Assembly: GCA_964016885.1 (NCBI GenBank)
Contig: OZ024753.1
Location: 19,468,001 to 19,532,000, forward strand
Reading direction: 5' to 3'
DNA from: Eledone cirrhosa
Taxonomy: Eukaryota
Length of the DNA: 64,000 nucleotides
The translations under genes were made by a program, and so were the position numbers. Below, in pieces: positions 46,345 to 60,900 of this stretch. How positions within the stretch are numbered: the first letter of the stretch is position 1; each line of letters starts with the position of its first letter. A model generated the notes under the pieces. It saw nothing but the letters and a program-made list of their open reading frames with translations. It made no database searches and had not been told where the DNA came from.

Positions 46345-46350
<6 letters not shown>
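45017..46350 (+). mobile_element. 5'-truncated Nematis-like PLE (open thumb plus GIY-YIG frame 45036-45851, then 3' UTR)
   Basis: SGY, PLYR, CIDKKCITC, NVVYSIRCTEGQC, YIGETARSIGERINEH, QH...H, RQITEAV, LNRKYEW. Confidence 0.92.
46149..46193 (+). ncRNA. Minimal type I HHR (related copy at 47858-47902, minus strand)
   Basis: agtca-CTGAAGA-g gtcaca gagtg tgtgac-GAAA-g aa c-TA-tgact. Confidence 0.72.
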
Positions 46351-46435
<85 letters not shown>

Positions 46436-46694
46436 TATCCATATATATATATATAACAATATATATAGAAACACACAGATACATGCGGACACACACATAT
46501 ACATGAATGCATCCACACCCAACCGTGAGTTAAGGGTGCCAACCTCACCGATGTTGCTCAATGAATGACTGGACAGACCAATCCGGTTGAACCAGACTGA
46601 ATCTGTATCAGAGTTAAAAATACATTATGAAGAGAGAAGAAACATTTAGATATAATTAGTAATAAAATGTATCATACCTAAACTGCTCCTAGAT

Positions 46695-46784
46695 TCCTCG
46701 ACTACGTAGTTTCGTGGCATAAACAAAAACAATACATCATAAAGATATAGAGTCCCTGCGAGGTCTGCCGACTTATCAAGAGGA
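46695..46784 (-). ncRNA. Type I HHR with variant U3:A8 core, copy 1
   Basis: tcctc-TTGATAA-gtcggca...tgccac-GAAA-ctacgtag-TC-gagga. Confidence 0.78.
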
Positions 46785-47286
46785 TACCTCATTTTACTAG
46801 TCTCAAGAACGCGTCTACACGACGTGAGAAAGAATCCCAAAAGGCGGAGGGGGAGATAGTCACGCGATATAACGGTCGAGAAACAGAGCTAAGCCTCTTA
46901 TAATCCCGAAGAAAATACCACAGAGGCGGAGGGGGTATTTATATCGAAGCCGTAGAAGAGGTGGTGAAGGAGACGAGAAATATGAGTAATGGCAGCCTTC
47001 CAGCAGCCACCACACTTCAAAGATTACTCAACCAGAGGGAGTTATTAACAATATATATAGAAACACACAGATACATGCGGACACACACATATACATGAAT
47101 GCATCCACACCCAACCGTGAGTTAAGGGTGCCAACCTCACCGATGTTGCTCAATGAATGACTGGACAGACCAATCCGGTTGAACCAGACTGAACCTGTAT
47201 CAGAGTTAAAAATACATTATGAAGAGAGAAGAAACATTTAGATATAATTAGTAATAAAATGTATCATACCTAAACACCTCCGAGAT

Positions 47287-47376
47287 TCCTCGACTACGTA
47301 GTTTCGTGGCATAAACAAAAACAATACATCATAAAGATATAGAGTCCCTGCGAGGTCTGCCGACTTATCAAGAGGA
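47287..47376 (-). ncRNA. Type I HHR with variant U3:A8 core, copy 2
   Basis: Same sequence as copy 1, offset by 592 nt; stem I extendable by gaggt/atctc. Confidence 0.78.
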
Positions 47377-47465
47377 TACCTCATTTTACTAGTCTCAAGA
47401 ACGCGTCTACACGACGTGAGAAAGAATCCCAAAAGGCGGAGGGGGAGATAGTCACGCGATATAAC

Positions 47466-47542
<77 letters not shown>

Positions 47543-47700
47543 AAAGTATGTCCATAGAATCATTTAATAAAATATATACACCATTTCCTCTGCCAATTAA
47601 CTTAATTAACCACATACAAAATCAATTAGACCAGGCTATAAGAATATATTTATATATATATATATAGGAATATATTTATATATATATATGAATATATTCA

Positions 47701-50370
47701 TATTGTTATACTTTGGGAGGGTCATGTTGCTAATAAGAAACACACGCACCAGCTGCTTTCACTTCAATTTATTATATATTTATAAATTTATAAATTTATA
47801 AATTTATAAATTTCTGGTTGGTTGGTTGGTTCCACAACCAGATAGTTGTTTATATATAGTCATAGTTCTTTCGTCACACACTCTGTGACCTCTTCAGTCA
47901 CTGGGGATTCCTTTCTTTGTTTCTGTGCCTCTCCTTTGTTCTGTCCTACGCCATTTTGTTTCTGAGTGTGTGTTGTGTGCTCAGTCTGCGCATGCGCCAC
48001 ATCCGGGTGTCTGTGTGTGTTTATGTTCATTTATTTATTTGTTCATTTACATGTTACTGGTTGGTTGTTTGTTCTATGTGTGTGTGTGTTTTCATTTTTT
48101 CCTTAATTGTAAGTTGTGATGTTGCTGTTCCACTCATATTTTCTATTTAATTTTGGTTGTAATTCTTTTATGTTTATTGCCTCTGTAATTTGTCTAAACA
48201 TTGCGTCTTTTCTGTGTGTAGATTCTATTTTTATTTCTGTTCTCTAATTTACACTTGTGTTCTATTTTAGCATGTTGGTAGAGTACAGATGATTCTTTAT
48301 TATCTTGAAGGTCTCGCCAGTGTTCATTTATCCGTTCCCCTACACTACGAGCTGTCTCACCTATGTACACTATATTTTTGTCTCTACATTGTCCTTCAGT
48401 ACATCTTATGCTATACACTACATTTCTAGTTTTACAGTTAATATGGGGGCTTATTTTACAGGTTATACATTTCTTATCTATACATGAGGGTCGTTGTAAA
48501 AGGTATGTCTTGCTAATAAGTGTGTTTACGGAGGTACCTGGTCTTTCTACTATCTTAATATTGAGTTTATGTTTATTTAGGGCCCTTCTAAATTTGTAAG
48601 CTAATTCACCTCTAGGGGTTGTATCGATGAACATTACACTCTGGTATTTATTGCTATCATATCATGAGTTTATTCTATTAGCCTTGTTCCTAGTTCTTTC
48701 TATTATATTCCAAAATTTGCTCCTATACAAGGGGCAGGTCCCATTTATGTCATTATTTACCATTTTTTCCCATTTGGTTCTGGCTCCTCTATACACTCTG
48801 ATTTTATTTCTCTGATTGTAGCCAGAGAACTGCATACGTTGGATGAAGTGTTGTATGTGTCTCTCTAGTTCTTCGGGGTTGCACATGCGGGACACATTTC
48901 TCATCACCCGTACCAAACCCGCAATCAGTATGTTGATTTTGGTATGGTCCGAAATGGCCGAGTTTCGGTGGATCACATGTTTGGAAGCCATGGGTTTGGC
49001 ATAATGGGAATGGAGGATTTGTTTTTGGTTGTTAATGGTATCTAACCAGAGCTCTGCGTCTAGTACAGGTAATCGATGGTTGGGGTGTTTACTTGGGTAG
49101 TCTATAGTAACTCTAATGCTTTGGTGGATGGAGTTTGCTATTTGCTGGATGCTTTCCATTGTGTTTTTCTCTAGTACCTGACTGTTCTCTAGTGGGGGTG
49201 TCTTAACTACGATGTTTATATCATCTACGTAGCGGGAGTACATTATCAGGTTTAAGGGGTCTTCTAATTGTTCTTTAAGTTTAAGTTTAAGTCTACTGTC
49301 CCACCATACCCTGAATAAGTTAGCTATGTCGTCTGCAATGCTAACACCAATGGCTGCTCCTTCCTCTTGGGCATATGTTTTTCCATTAAATTTGAACATA
49401 TGTTCCTTAAGGGTTAGTTTTATGCTGGCCCCTACCGCATGTGCAATCATTTTCTTCAGTTCATCGTGGTTTTCGGGTGTCCGTATGGCTCTGGTCCACC
49501 CGTTCCACATATCTGTGTGGGTTTTCTTGGCCATTGAGGTAATGGTAGGTGGTCTGCCTCTTGCTGGTCTTGTAGGGCACAGGTTGCTAAGGTCATATGT
49601 GTCTAGGTAATTATTACTATAGGTAAGCTTAAGTAGGAGTCCCAGCTCACTGGTATCAATCCCACGGAACTCAACCTTGCTCTCACTGATCATTTCTACG
49701 CATTTCTCCACAGCAAAATCCACGCCAATAGATGGATACAGGGACACAACATCCATACTGCCTATTATGCAGTTTGTTAGGTCCCCAGATCGGTTACTCA
49801 CGCCGATTCTGCTGAGGAGGTCCTCCGTGCTGTCACATACATCTGGGGACATTTCTATGATGGGGCGTATGATCAGGGAGAGGAAGTAGGACAGTCTGTT
49901 GTTACTAGCAATGTTAGCTCCACAGACTGGCCGTGTTGGTGGTCCCGCGACAGGGTCACATCCCGTTTTATGGTCTTTTCGAAGCCGATACAACACCGGC
50001 ACATCATTGTTCCAGGCCTGGAAGTTGTTGGCAGTCCTTTTGTTGGGCTGCATTATATTCGGCCACATCACCATATGGGCATTGAGAGCTTTTTCTCTAT
50101 CCTCATGCTCCTGTGGTGTTACCTCTCTTGTGTTAGTGATGTGGGGTTGCATTGCCTGGATGTAGTTTGGCAGGCTGTCAACCGACATTCTGCCAGACTT
50201 GTCTGTTGGAAAGCATGCTATCTCTCCATTACGTGAGCGCTGCATGAGCTTACGCAAGCCATTTGCAGATTTTTCTCCCAGTTGCTGGGCCTCCATTCTA
50301 TTATGCTTCTTGCTATACTGTTCTATAATATTTCTAAGTTCGGATCTAGCTATACTAAATTGTGCTTCTG
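47701..50370 (-). mobile_element. 5'-truncated Nematis-like PLE; RT-GIY-YIG frame ~50370-48103 with one nonsense codon (48662) and one frameshift (~48240)
   Basis: [66 protein letters not shown]. Confidence 0.93.
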
Positions 50371-51981
50371 TATATATATATATGAATATATTTATATATA
50401 TACATATTAATATATTTATATATATATATACATATGAATATATTTATATATATATATATATGCATATATTTATATATATATATATGAATATATTTATATA
50501 TATATATATATTAATATATTTATATATATATGTATATATATACATAATTATATATATATCTATTTATATATGTGTGTGTGTGTGAATTTGTTGTTTTCTT
50601 TGTTTTAATGTCAGTGTAAATCGAGAAAAGCCCAATGGAGTAAGAAGTATAGATGTTGAACCCAATCTAGAAATTTTGATAAAATATGACAAGAAATCAC
50701 TTGAAATGTCTTTGATATCTTATCTTCCGAGTGCCTCTATAAAGAATTATTTCCTATCTATCTACTGCATCTCTAAAGTAACATTATAAAGTCCTATTCA
50801 TGGGGGAAAGACTCAATATAACATTTGTTATCTTTCCCATAAGTATCATTGTGAAAAAATAAAATAACTTCCATTTAACTTTACAATGACTTTACTAATT
50901 TCTGAATAAACTTCATAACAACCTAAAGGTGAATCCGTGCGAGATGTTCCTGGGAGGATTTATAATATATATTAATATTTCTCATAAATATAACCTTTGT
51001 TTATATTTATTGATAACTGGTCATTTTGATGATCAAATGATAGTATTTTATTTACAGAGAAATCATTATAATTTCAGAGTTTATCCGTTGACTCGTCAGA
51101 CATTTTTTACCCTAACTGCTACATTTATTAAATATATTTCTTGAGATAAATTTGGTGTGTAATCTCGGTTATATCTTTTTCTACTCTTATGTTTAGTTTA
51201 TTTCTTCTGTTTAGTTTGTTTGTGTTACGCCTTTGTAATATATTATTCAACAAAATCAGTTTCAGAATCAAAGCGGCCATTATCATCAACCAGAAAAAAA
51301 ACACAGATAAATAATAGACTCGAAATGAACGAAGTAGACTGGCTATTCTACGGCTTGACGCATGCGTATTTCAGACACATACGTCTATTAAGGAAGAATA
51401 CATCGAACGTTTGTTTGTTTCCTTTTTCTTTTTTTTGCTGTTGTTTTGAACCGTTTTCGTCTCACATTTGAAAAACGGGTCTTAGCCCTGAAATATCATG
51501 TTGAAATATACTGGGTAAAACATTACTATGGCTTGTTTTACTTGTATCATTTGACTTTCATATATTCCTATCGCATTATCCCGGCTTGACGGCCATTTCT
51601 CACATATCTCCCCATGCTACGAATTAACTATACTACTATATTGTTATTTTAATTAAAACTTCATATTGTATTCCGATAGAACTTGAAACTAGCGACCCGA
51701 ATGCATAGTTTCTATTTGTTTGTAAATTTTAAATAAAATGTTATTTAATGATTTTAAACAAATTGTAATTTTCATGGGTTCCGAGGTATCAGTCGATCTT
51801 GATAATAGGTGACCTAAATGCTCAAAAACAGTTATTTATTCCACAATTGGACTGGAATATTGTGAAAACATACATGGTTTCGCCAAAGTATGGTAGTAAT
51901 TATTACAAGTAATACTTAGTTAATGATAAATAGTGATTCTAGCAAAACATTAATAGAGTATAACAAGAATAGCGATATCAT

Positions 51982-54900
51982 GGTAGTAATACTGTACTGA
52001 GACCAGCTATGACAGTAGTAACACTGTACTGAGACTAACTGTGACAGTAGTAACACTGTACTGGGACTAACTATGACAGTAGTAATACTGTAGTGAGACC
52101 AGCTATGACAGTAGTAACACTGTACCGGGACTAACTAGGACAGTAGTAACACTGTACTGAGACTAACTATGACAGTAGTAACACTGTACTGAGACTAACT
52201 ATGACAGTAGTAACACTGTACTAAGACTAACTATGACAGTAGTAACACTGTACTGAGACTAACTATAACAGTAGTAACACTGTACTTAGACCAACTATGA
52301 CAGTAGTAACACTGTACTAAGACTAACTATGACAGTAGTAACACTGTACTAAGACTAACTATGACAGTGGTAACACTGTACTGAGACCAACTATGACAGT
52401 AGTAACACTGTACTTAGACCAACTATGACAGTAGTAACACTGTACTGAGACCAGCTACGACAGTAGTAACACTGTACTGAGACTACCTATGACAGTAGTA
52501 ACACTGTACTGAGACTACCTATGACAGTTGTAACACTCACACCGAGACTACCTATGACAGTAGTAACACTGTACTGAGACCAACTATGACAGTAGTAACA
52601 CTGTACTGAGACCAACTATGACAGTAGTAACACTGTACTGGGACTAACTATGACAGTAGTAACACTGTACTGGGACTAACTAGGACAGTAGTAACACTGT
52701 ACTGAGACTAACTATGACAGTAGTAACACTGTACTGAGACTAACTATGACAGTAGTAACACTGTACTAAGACTAACTATGACAGTAGTAACACTGTACTG
52801 AGACTAACTATAACAGTAGTAACACTGTACTTAGACCAACTATGACAGTAGTAACACTGTACTAAGACTAACTATGACAGTAGTAACACTGTACTAAGAC
52901 TAACTATGACAGTAGTAACACTGTACTGAGACCAACTATGACAGTAGTAACACTGTACTTAGACCAACTATGACAGTTGTAACACTGTACTGAGACAAAC
53001 TATGACAGTAGTAACACTGTACTGAGACCAGCTACGACAGTAGTAACACTGTACTGAGACTACCTATGACAGTAGTAACACTGTACTGAGACTACCTATG
53101 ACAGTTGTAACACTCACACTGAGACTACCTATGACAGTAGTAACACTGTACTGAGACCAACTATGACAGTAGTAACACTGTACTGAGACCAACTATGACA
53201 GTAGTAACACTGTACTGGGACTAACTATGACAGTAGTAACACTGTACTGGGACTAACTAGGACAGTAGTAACACTGTACTGAGACTAACTATGACAGTAG
53301 TAACACTGTACTGAGACTAACTATGACAGTAGTAACACTGTACTAAGACTAACTATGACAGTAGTAACACTGTACTGAGACTAACTATAACAGTAGTAAC
53401 ACTGTACTTAGACCAACTATGACAGTAGTAACACTGTACTAAGACTAACTATGACAGTAGTAACACTGTACTAAGACTAACTATGACAGTAGTAACACTG
53501 TACTGAGACCAACTATGACAGTTGTAACACTGTACTGAGACAAACTATGACAGTAGTAACACTGTACTGAGATCAGCTACGACAGTAGTAACACTGTACT
53601 GAGACTACCTATGACAGTAGTAACACTGTACTGAGACTACCTATGACAGTTGTAACACTGCACTGAGACTACCTATGACAGTAGTAACACTGTACTGAGA
53701 CCAACTATGACAGTAGTAACACTGTACTGAGACCAACTATGACAGTAGTAACACTGTACTGGGACTAACTATGACAGTAGTAACACTGTACTGAGACTAC
53801 CTATGACACTAGTAACACTGTACTAAGACCAACTATGACAGTAGTAACGCTGTACTGAAACTACCTATGACACTAGTAACACTGTACTGATACTAACTAG
53901 GACAGTAGTAACACTGTACTGAGACTAACTATGACAGTAGTAACACTGTACTGAGACTAACTATGACAGTAGTAACACTGTACTAAGACCAACTATGACA
54001 GTAGTAACACTGTACTGGGACTAACTTTGACAGTAGTAACACTGTACTTAGACCAACTATGACACTAGTAACACTATACTGATACTAACTAGGACAGTAG
54101 TAACACTGTACTGAGACTAACTATGACAGTAGTAACATTGTACTGAGACTAACTATGACAGTAGTAACACTGTACTGAGACTAACTATTGTAGTAGTTAC
54201 ACTGTACTGAGACCAACTATGACACTAGTAACACTGTACTTATACTAACTAGGACTGTAGTAACACTGTACTGAGACTAACTATGACAGTAGTAACACTG
54301 TACTGAGACTAACTATGACAGTAGTAACACTGTACTAAGACTAACTGTTGTAGTAGTTACACTGTACTGAGACTAACTATGACAATAGTAACACTGTACT
54401 GAGACCAACTATGACACTAGTAACACTGTACTGAGATCAACTATGACAGTAGTAACACTGTACTGAGACTAAATTTGACAGTAGTAACACTGTACTAAGA
54501 CTAACTATTGTAGTAGGTACACTGTACTAAGACCAACTATGACACTAGTAACACTGTACTGAGACTATCTATGACAGTAGTAACACTGTATTGAGACAAA
54601 CTATGACAGTAGTAACACTGTATTGAGACCAACTATGACAGTAGTAACACTGTACTGGGACTAACTATGACATTAGTAACACTGTACTGAGACCAACTAT
54701 GACAGTAGTAACACTGTACTGAGACCAACTATGACAGTATTGACACTGTACTGAGACCAACTATGACACTAGTAACACTGTACTGATACTAACTATGACA
54801 CTAGTAACACTGTACTGATACTAACTAGGACAGTAGTAACACTGTACTGAGACCAGCTATGACAGTAGTAACACTGTACTGAGACCAACTATGACAGTAG

Positions 54901-57900
54901 TAACACTGTACTAAGACCAACTATGACACTAGTAACACTGTACTGATACCAACTATGACACTAGTAACACTGTACTGATACTAACTATGACAGTAGTAAC
55001 ACTGTACTGAGACCAGCTATGACAGTAGTAACACTGTACTGAGACCAACTATGACAGTAGTAACACTGTACTGAGACTAACTATTGTAGTAGTTACACAG
55101 TACTGAGACCAACTATGACAGTAGTGACACTGTACTGAGACTAACTATGACAGTAGTAACACTGTACTGATACTAACTATGACAGTAGTAACACTGTACT
55201 GAGACTAACTATGACAGTAGTAACACTGTACTGAGACTAACTATGACACTAGTAACACTGTACTGATACTAACTATGACAGTAGTAACACTGTACTGAGA
55301 CTAACTGTGACAGTAGTAACACTGTACTGAGACTAACTATGACAGTAGTAACACTGCACTAAGACTAACTATGACAGTAGTAACACTGTACTGATACTAA
55401 CTATGACAGTAGTAACACTGTACTAAGACTAACTATGACAGTAGTAACACTGTACTAAGACTAACTATGACAGTAGTAACACTGTACTAAGACTAACTAT
55501 GACAGTAGTAACACTGTACTGAGACTAACTATGACAGTAGTAACACTGTACTGATACTAACTATGACAGTAGTAACACTGTACTGATACTACCTATGACA
55601 GTACTAACATTGTACTGAGACTAACTATGACAGTAGTAACACTGTACTGATACTAACTGTGACAGTAGTAACACTGTACTGAGACTAACTATGACAGTAG
55701 TAACACTGTACTGATAATAACTATGACAGTAGTAACACTGTACTGAGACTAACTGTGACAGTAGTAACACTGTATTGAGACCAACTATGACACTAGTAAC
55801 ACTGTATTGAGACCAACTACGACAGTAGTAACACTGTACTGGGACTAACTATGACAGTAGTAACACTGTACTGAGACTAACTATGACAGTAGTAACACTG
55901 TACTGAGACCAACTATGACAGTAGTAACACTGTACTGAGACTACCTATGACAGTTGTAACACTCACACTGAGACTACCTATGACAGTAGTAACACTGTAC
56001 TGAGACCAACTATGACAGTAGTAACACTGTACTGAGACCAACTATGACAGTAGTAACACTGTACTGGGACTAACTATGACAGTAGTAACACTGTACTGGG
56101 ACTAACTAGGACAGTAGTAACACTGTACTGAGACTAACTATGACAGTAGTAACACTGTACTGAGACTAACTATGACAGTAGTAACACTGTACTAAGACTA
56201 ACTATGACAGTAGTAACACTGTACTGAGACTAACTATAACAGTAGTAACACTGTACTTAGACCAACTATGACAGTAGTAACACTGTACTAAGACTAACTA
56301 TGACAGTAGTAACACTGTACTAAGACTAACTATGACAGTAGTAACACTGTACTGAGACCAACTATGACAGTTGTAACACTGTACTGAGACAAACTATGAC
56401 AGTAGTAACAATGTACTGAGATCAGCTACGACAGTAGTAACACTGTACTGAGACTACCTATGACAGTAGTAACACTGTACTGAGACTACCTATGACAGTT
56501 GTAACACTGCACTGAGACTACCTATGACAGTAGTAACACTGTACTGAGACCAACTATGACAGTAGTAACACTGTACTGAGACCAACTATGACAGTAGTAA
56601 CACTGTACTGGGACTAACTATGACAGTAGTAACACTGTACTGAAACTACCTATGACACTAGTAACACTGTACTAAGACCAACGATGACAGTAGTAACGCT
56701 GTACTGAAACTACCTATGACACTAGTAACACTGTACTGATACTAACTAGGACAGTAGTAACACTGTACTGAGACTAACTATGACAGTAGTAACACTGTAC
56801 TGAGACTAACTATGACAGTAGTAACACTGTACTAAGACCAACTATGACAGTAGTAACACTGTACTGGGACTAACTTTGACAGTAGTAACACTGTACTTAG
56901 ACCAACTATGACACTAGTAACACTGTACTGATACTAACTAGGACAGTAGTAACACTGTACTGAGACTAACTATGACAGTAGTAACATTGTACTGAGACTA
57001 ACTATGACAGTAGTAACACTGTACTGAGACTAACTATTGTAGTAGTTACACTGTACTGAGACCAACTATGACACTAGTAACACTGTACTTATACTAACTA
57101 GGACAGTAGTAACACTGTACTGAGACTAACTATGACAGTAGTAACACTGTACTGAGACTAACTATGACAGTAGTAACACTGTACTAAGACTAACTGTTGT
57201 AGTAGTTACACTGTACTGAGACTAACTATGACAATAGTAACACTGTACTGAGACCAACTATGACACTAGTAACACTGTACTGAGATCAACTATGACAGTA
57301 GTAACACTGTACTGAGACTACATTTGACAGTAGTAACACTGTACTAAGACTAACTATTGTAGTAGGTACACTGTACTAAGACCAACTATGACACTAGTAA
57401 CACTGTACTGAGACTATCTATGACAGTAGTAACACTGTATTGAGACAAACTATGACAGTAGTAACACTGTATTGAGACCAACTATGACAGTAGTAACACT
57501 GTACTGGGACTAACTATGACATTAGTAACACTGTACTGAGACCAACTATGACAGTAGTAACACTGTACTGAGACCAACTATGACAGTATTGACACTGTAC
57601 TGAGACCAACTATGACACTAGTAACACTGTACTGATACTAACTATGACACTAGTAACACTGTACTGATACTAACTAGGACAGTAGTAACACCGTACTGAG
57701 ACCAGCTATGACAGTAGTAACACTGTACTGAGACCAACTATGACAGTAGTAACACTGTACTAAGACCAACTATGACACTAGTACCACTGTACTGATACCA
57801 ACTATGACACTAGTAACAATGTACTGATACTAACTATGACAGTAGTAACACTGTACTGAGACCAGCTATGACAGTAGTAACACTGTACTGAGACCAACTA

Positions 57901-60900
57901 TGACAGTAGTAACACTGTACTGAGACTAACTATTGTAGTAGTTACACAGTACTGAGACCAACTATGACAGTAGTGACAATGTACTGAGACTAACTATGAC
58001 AGTAGTAACACTGTACTGATACTAACTATGACAGTAGTAACACTGTACTGAGACTAACTATGACAGTAGTAACACTGTACTGAGACTAACTATGACACTA
58101 GTAACACTGTACTGATACTAACTATGACAGTAGTAACACTGTACTGAGACTAACTGTGACAGTAGTAACACTGTACTGAGACTAACTATGACAGTAGTAA
58201 CACTGCACTAAGACTAACTATGACAGTAGTAACACTGTACTGATACTAACTATGACAGTAGTAACACTGTACTAAGACTAACTATGACAGTAGTAACACT
58301 GTACTAAGACTAACTATGACAGTAGTAACACTGTACTGAGACTAACTATGACAGTAGTAACACTGTACTGATACTAACTATGACAGTAGTAACACTGTAC
58401 TGATACTACCTATGACAGTACTAACATTGTACTGAGACTAACTATGACAGTAGTAACACTGTACTGATACTAACTGTGACAGTAGTAACACTGTACTGAG
58501 ACTAACTATGACAGTAGTAACACTGTACTGATAATAACTATGACAGTAGTAACACTGTACTGAGACTAACTGTGACAGTAGTAACACTGTATTGAGACCA
58601 ACTATGACACTAGTAACACTGTATTGAGACCAACTACGACAGTAGTAACACTGTACTGGGACTAACTATGACAGTAGTAACACTGTACTGAGACTAACTA
58701 TGACAGTAGTAACACTGTACTGAGACCAACTATGACAGTAGTAACACTGTACTGAGACCAACTATAACAGTAGTAACACTGTATTGAGACCAACTATGAC
58801 ACTAGTAACACTGTATTGAGACCAACTACGACAGTAGTAACACTGTACTGGGACTAACTATGACAATAGTAACACTGTACTGAGACTAACTATGACAGTA
58901 GTAACACTGTACTGAGACTAACTATGACAGTAGTAACACTGTACTGAGACTAACTAGGACAGTAGTTACACTGCACTGAGACCAACTATGACAGTAGTAA
59001 CACTGTACTGAGACTAACTATGACAGTAGTAACACTGTACTGAGACCAACTATGACAGTAGTAACACTGCACTGAGACTAACTATGACAGGAGTAAAACT
59101 GTACTGAGACCAACTATGACAGTAGTAACACTGTACTGAGACCAACTATGACAGTAGTAACACTGTACTGAGACCAACTATGACAGTAGTATCACTGTAC
59201 TGAGACTACTTATGACAGTAGTAACACTGTATTGAGACTAACTATGACAGTAGTAACATTGTACTGAGACTAACTATGACAGTAGTAACACTGTACTAAG
59301 ACTAACTATGACAGTATTAACACTGTACTGAGACTACCTATGACACTAGTAACACTGTACTGATACTAACTAGGACAGTAGTAACACTGTACTGAGACTA
59401 ACTATGACAGTAGTAACACTGTACTAAGACCAACTATGACAGTAGTAACACTGTACTGGGACTAACTCTGACAGTAGTAAAACTGTACTGAGACCAACTA
59501 TGACAGTAGTAACACTGTACTGAGACCAACTATGACAGTAGTAAAACTGTACTGAGACCAACTATGACACTAGTAACACTGTAGTGATACTAACTAGGAC
59601 AGTAGTAACACTGTACTGAGACTAACTATGACAGTAGTACCACTGTACAAAGACTAACTATGACAGTAGTAACACTGTACAGATACTAACTTTGACAGTA
59701 GTAACACTGTACTAAGACCAAATATGACAGTAGTAACACTGTACTGAGACTAACCGTGACACTAGTAACACTGTACTAAGACTAACTGTGACAGTAATAA
59801 CACTGTACTGAGACTAACTATGACAGTAGTAACACTGTACTAAGACCAAATAGGACAGTAGTAACACTGTACTGAGACTAACTGTGACACTAGTAACACT
59901 GTACTAAGACTAACTGTGACAGTAATAACACTGTACTGAGACTAACTGTGACACTAGTAACACTGTACTAAGACTAACTATGACAGTAGTAACACTGTAC
60001 TAAGACCACATATGACAGTAGTAACACTATACTGACACTAGTAACACTGTACTGATACTAACTAGGACAGTAGTAACACTGTACTGAGACTAACTAGTGT
60101 AGTAGTTACATTGTACTGAGACCAACTATGACAGTAGTAACACTGTACTGAGACTAACTATGACAGTAGTAACACTGTACTGATACTAATTAGGACAGTA
60201 GTAACACTGTACTGAGACTAAATATGACAGTAGTAACACTGTACTGAGACCAACTATGACAGTAGTAACACTGTACTGACACTACCTATGACACTAGTAA
60301 CACTGTACTGATACTAACTAGGACAGTAGTAACACTGTACTGAGACTAACTATGACAGTAGTAACACTGTACTGAGACTAACTATGACAGTAGTAACACT
60401 GTACTGAGACTAACTATGACAGTAGTAACACTGTACTGAGACCAACTATGACAGTAGTAACACTGTACTGAGACTAACTATGACAGTAGTAACACTGTAT
60501 TGAGACCAACTATGACAGTAGTAACACTGTACTGACACTACCTATGACACTAGTAACACTGTACTGAGACTAACTATGACAGTAGTAACACTGTACTGAG
60601 ACTAACTATGACAGTAGTAACACTGTATTGAGACTAACTATGACAGTAGTAACACTGTACTGAGACCAACTATGACAGTAGTAACACTGTACTGACACTA
60701 CCTATGACACTAGTAACACTGTACTGATACTAACTAGGACAGTAGTAACACTGTACTGAGACTAACTATGACAGTAGTAACACTGTACTGAGACTAACTA
60801 TGACAGTATTAACACTTTACTGAGACCAACTATGACAATAGTAACACTGTACTGAGTATAACTATGATAGTATTAACACTGTACTGAGACTAAATATGAC

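Larger units (their letters stand above)
46454..47467 (-). mobile_element. Retrozyme-like non-coding tandem: ~1.7 copies of a 592-bp unit, each with an HHR
   Basis: 46454-46875 is repeated almost exactly at 47046-47467; flanked by (TA)n. Confidence 0.85.

Noticed and set aside
48662-48664. In-frame TGA as possible selenocysteine (as in some Naiad PLEs)
   Set aside because: The paralogous copies have TGG (Trp) at this codon, and a frameshift follows
50608-50790. About 60 open codons after a pyrimidine-rich AG
   Set aside because: No recognisable protein similarity and only a weak donor site
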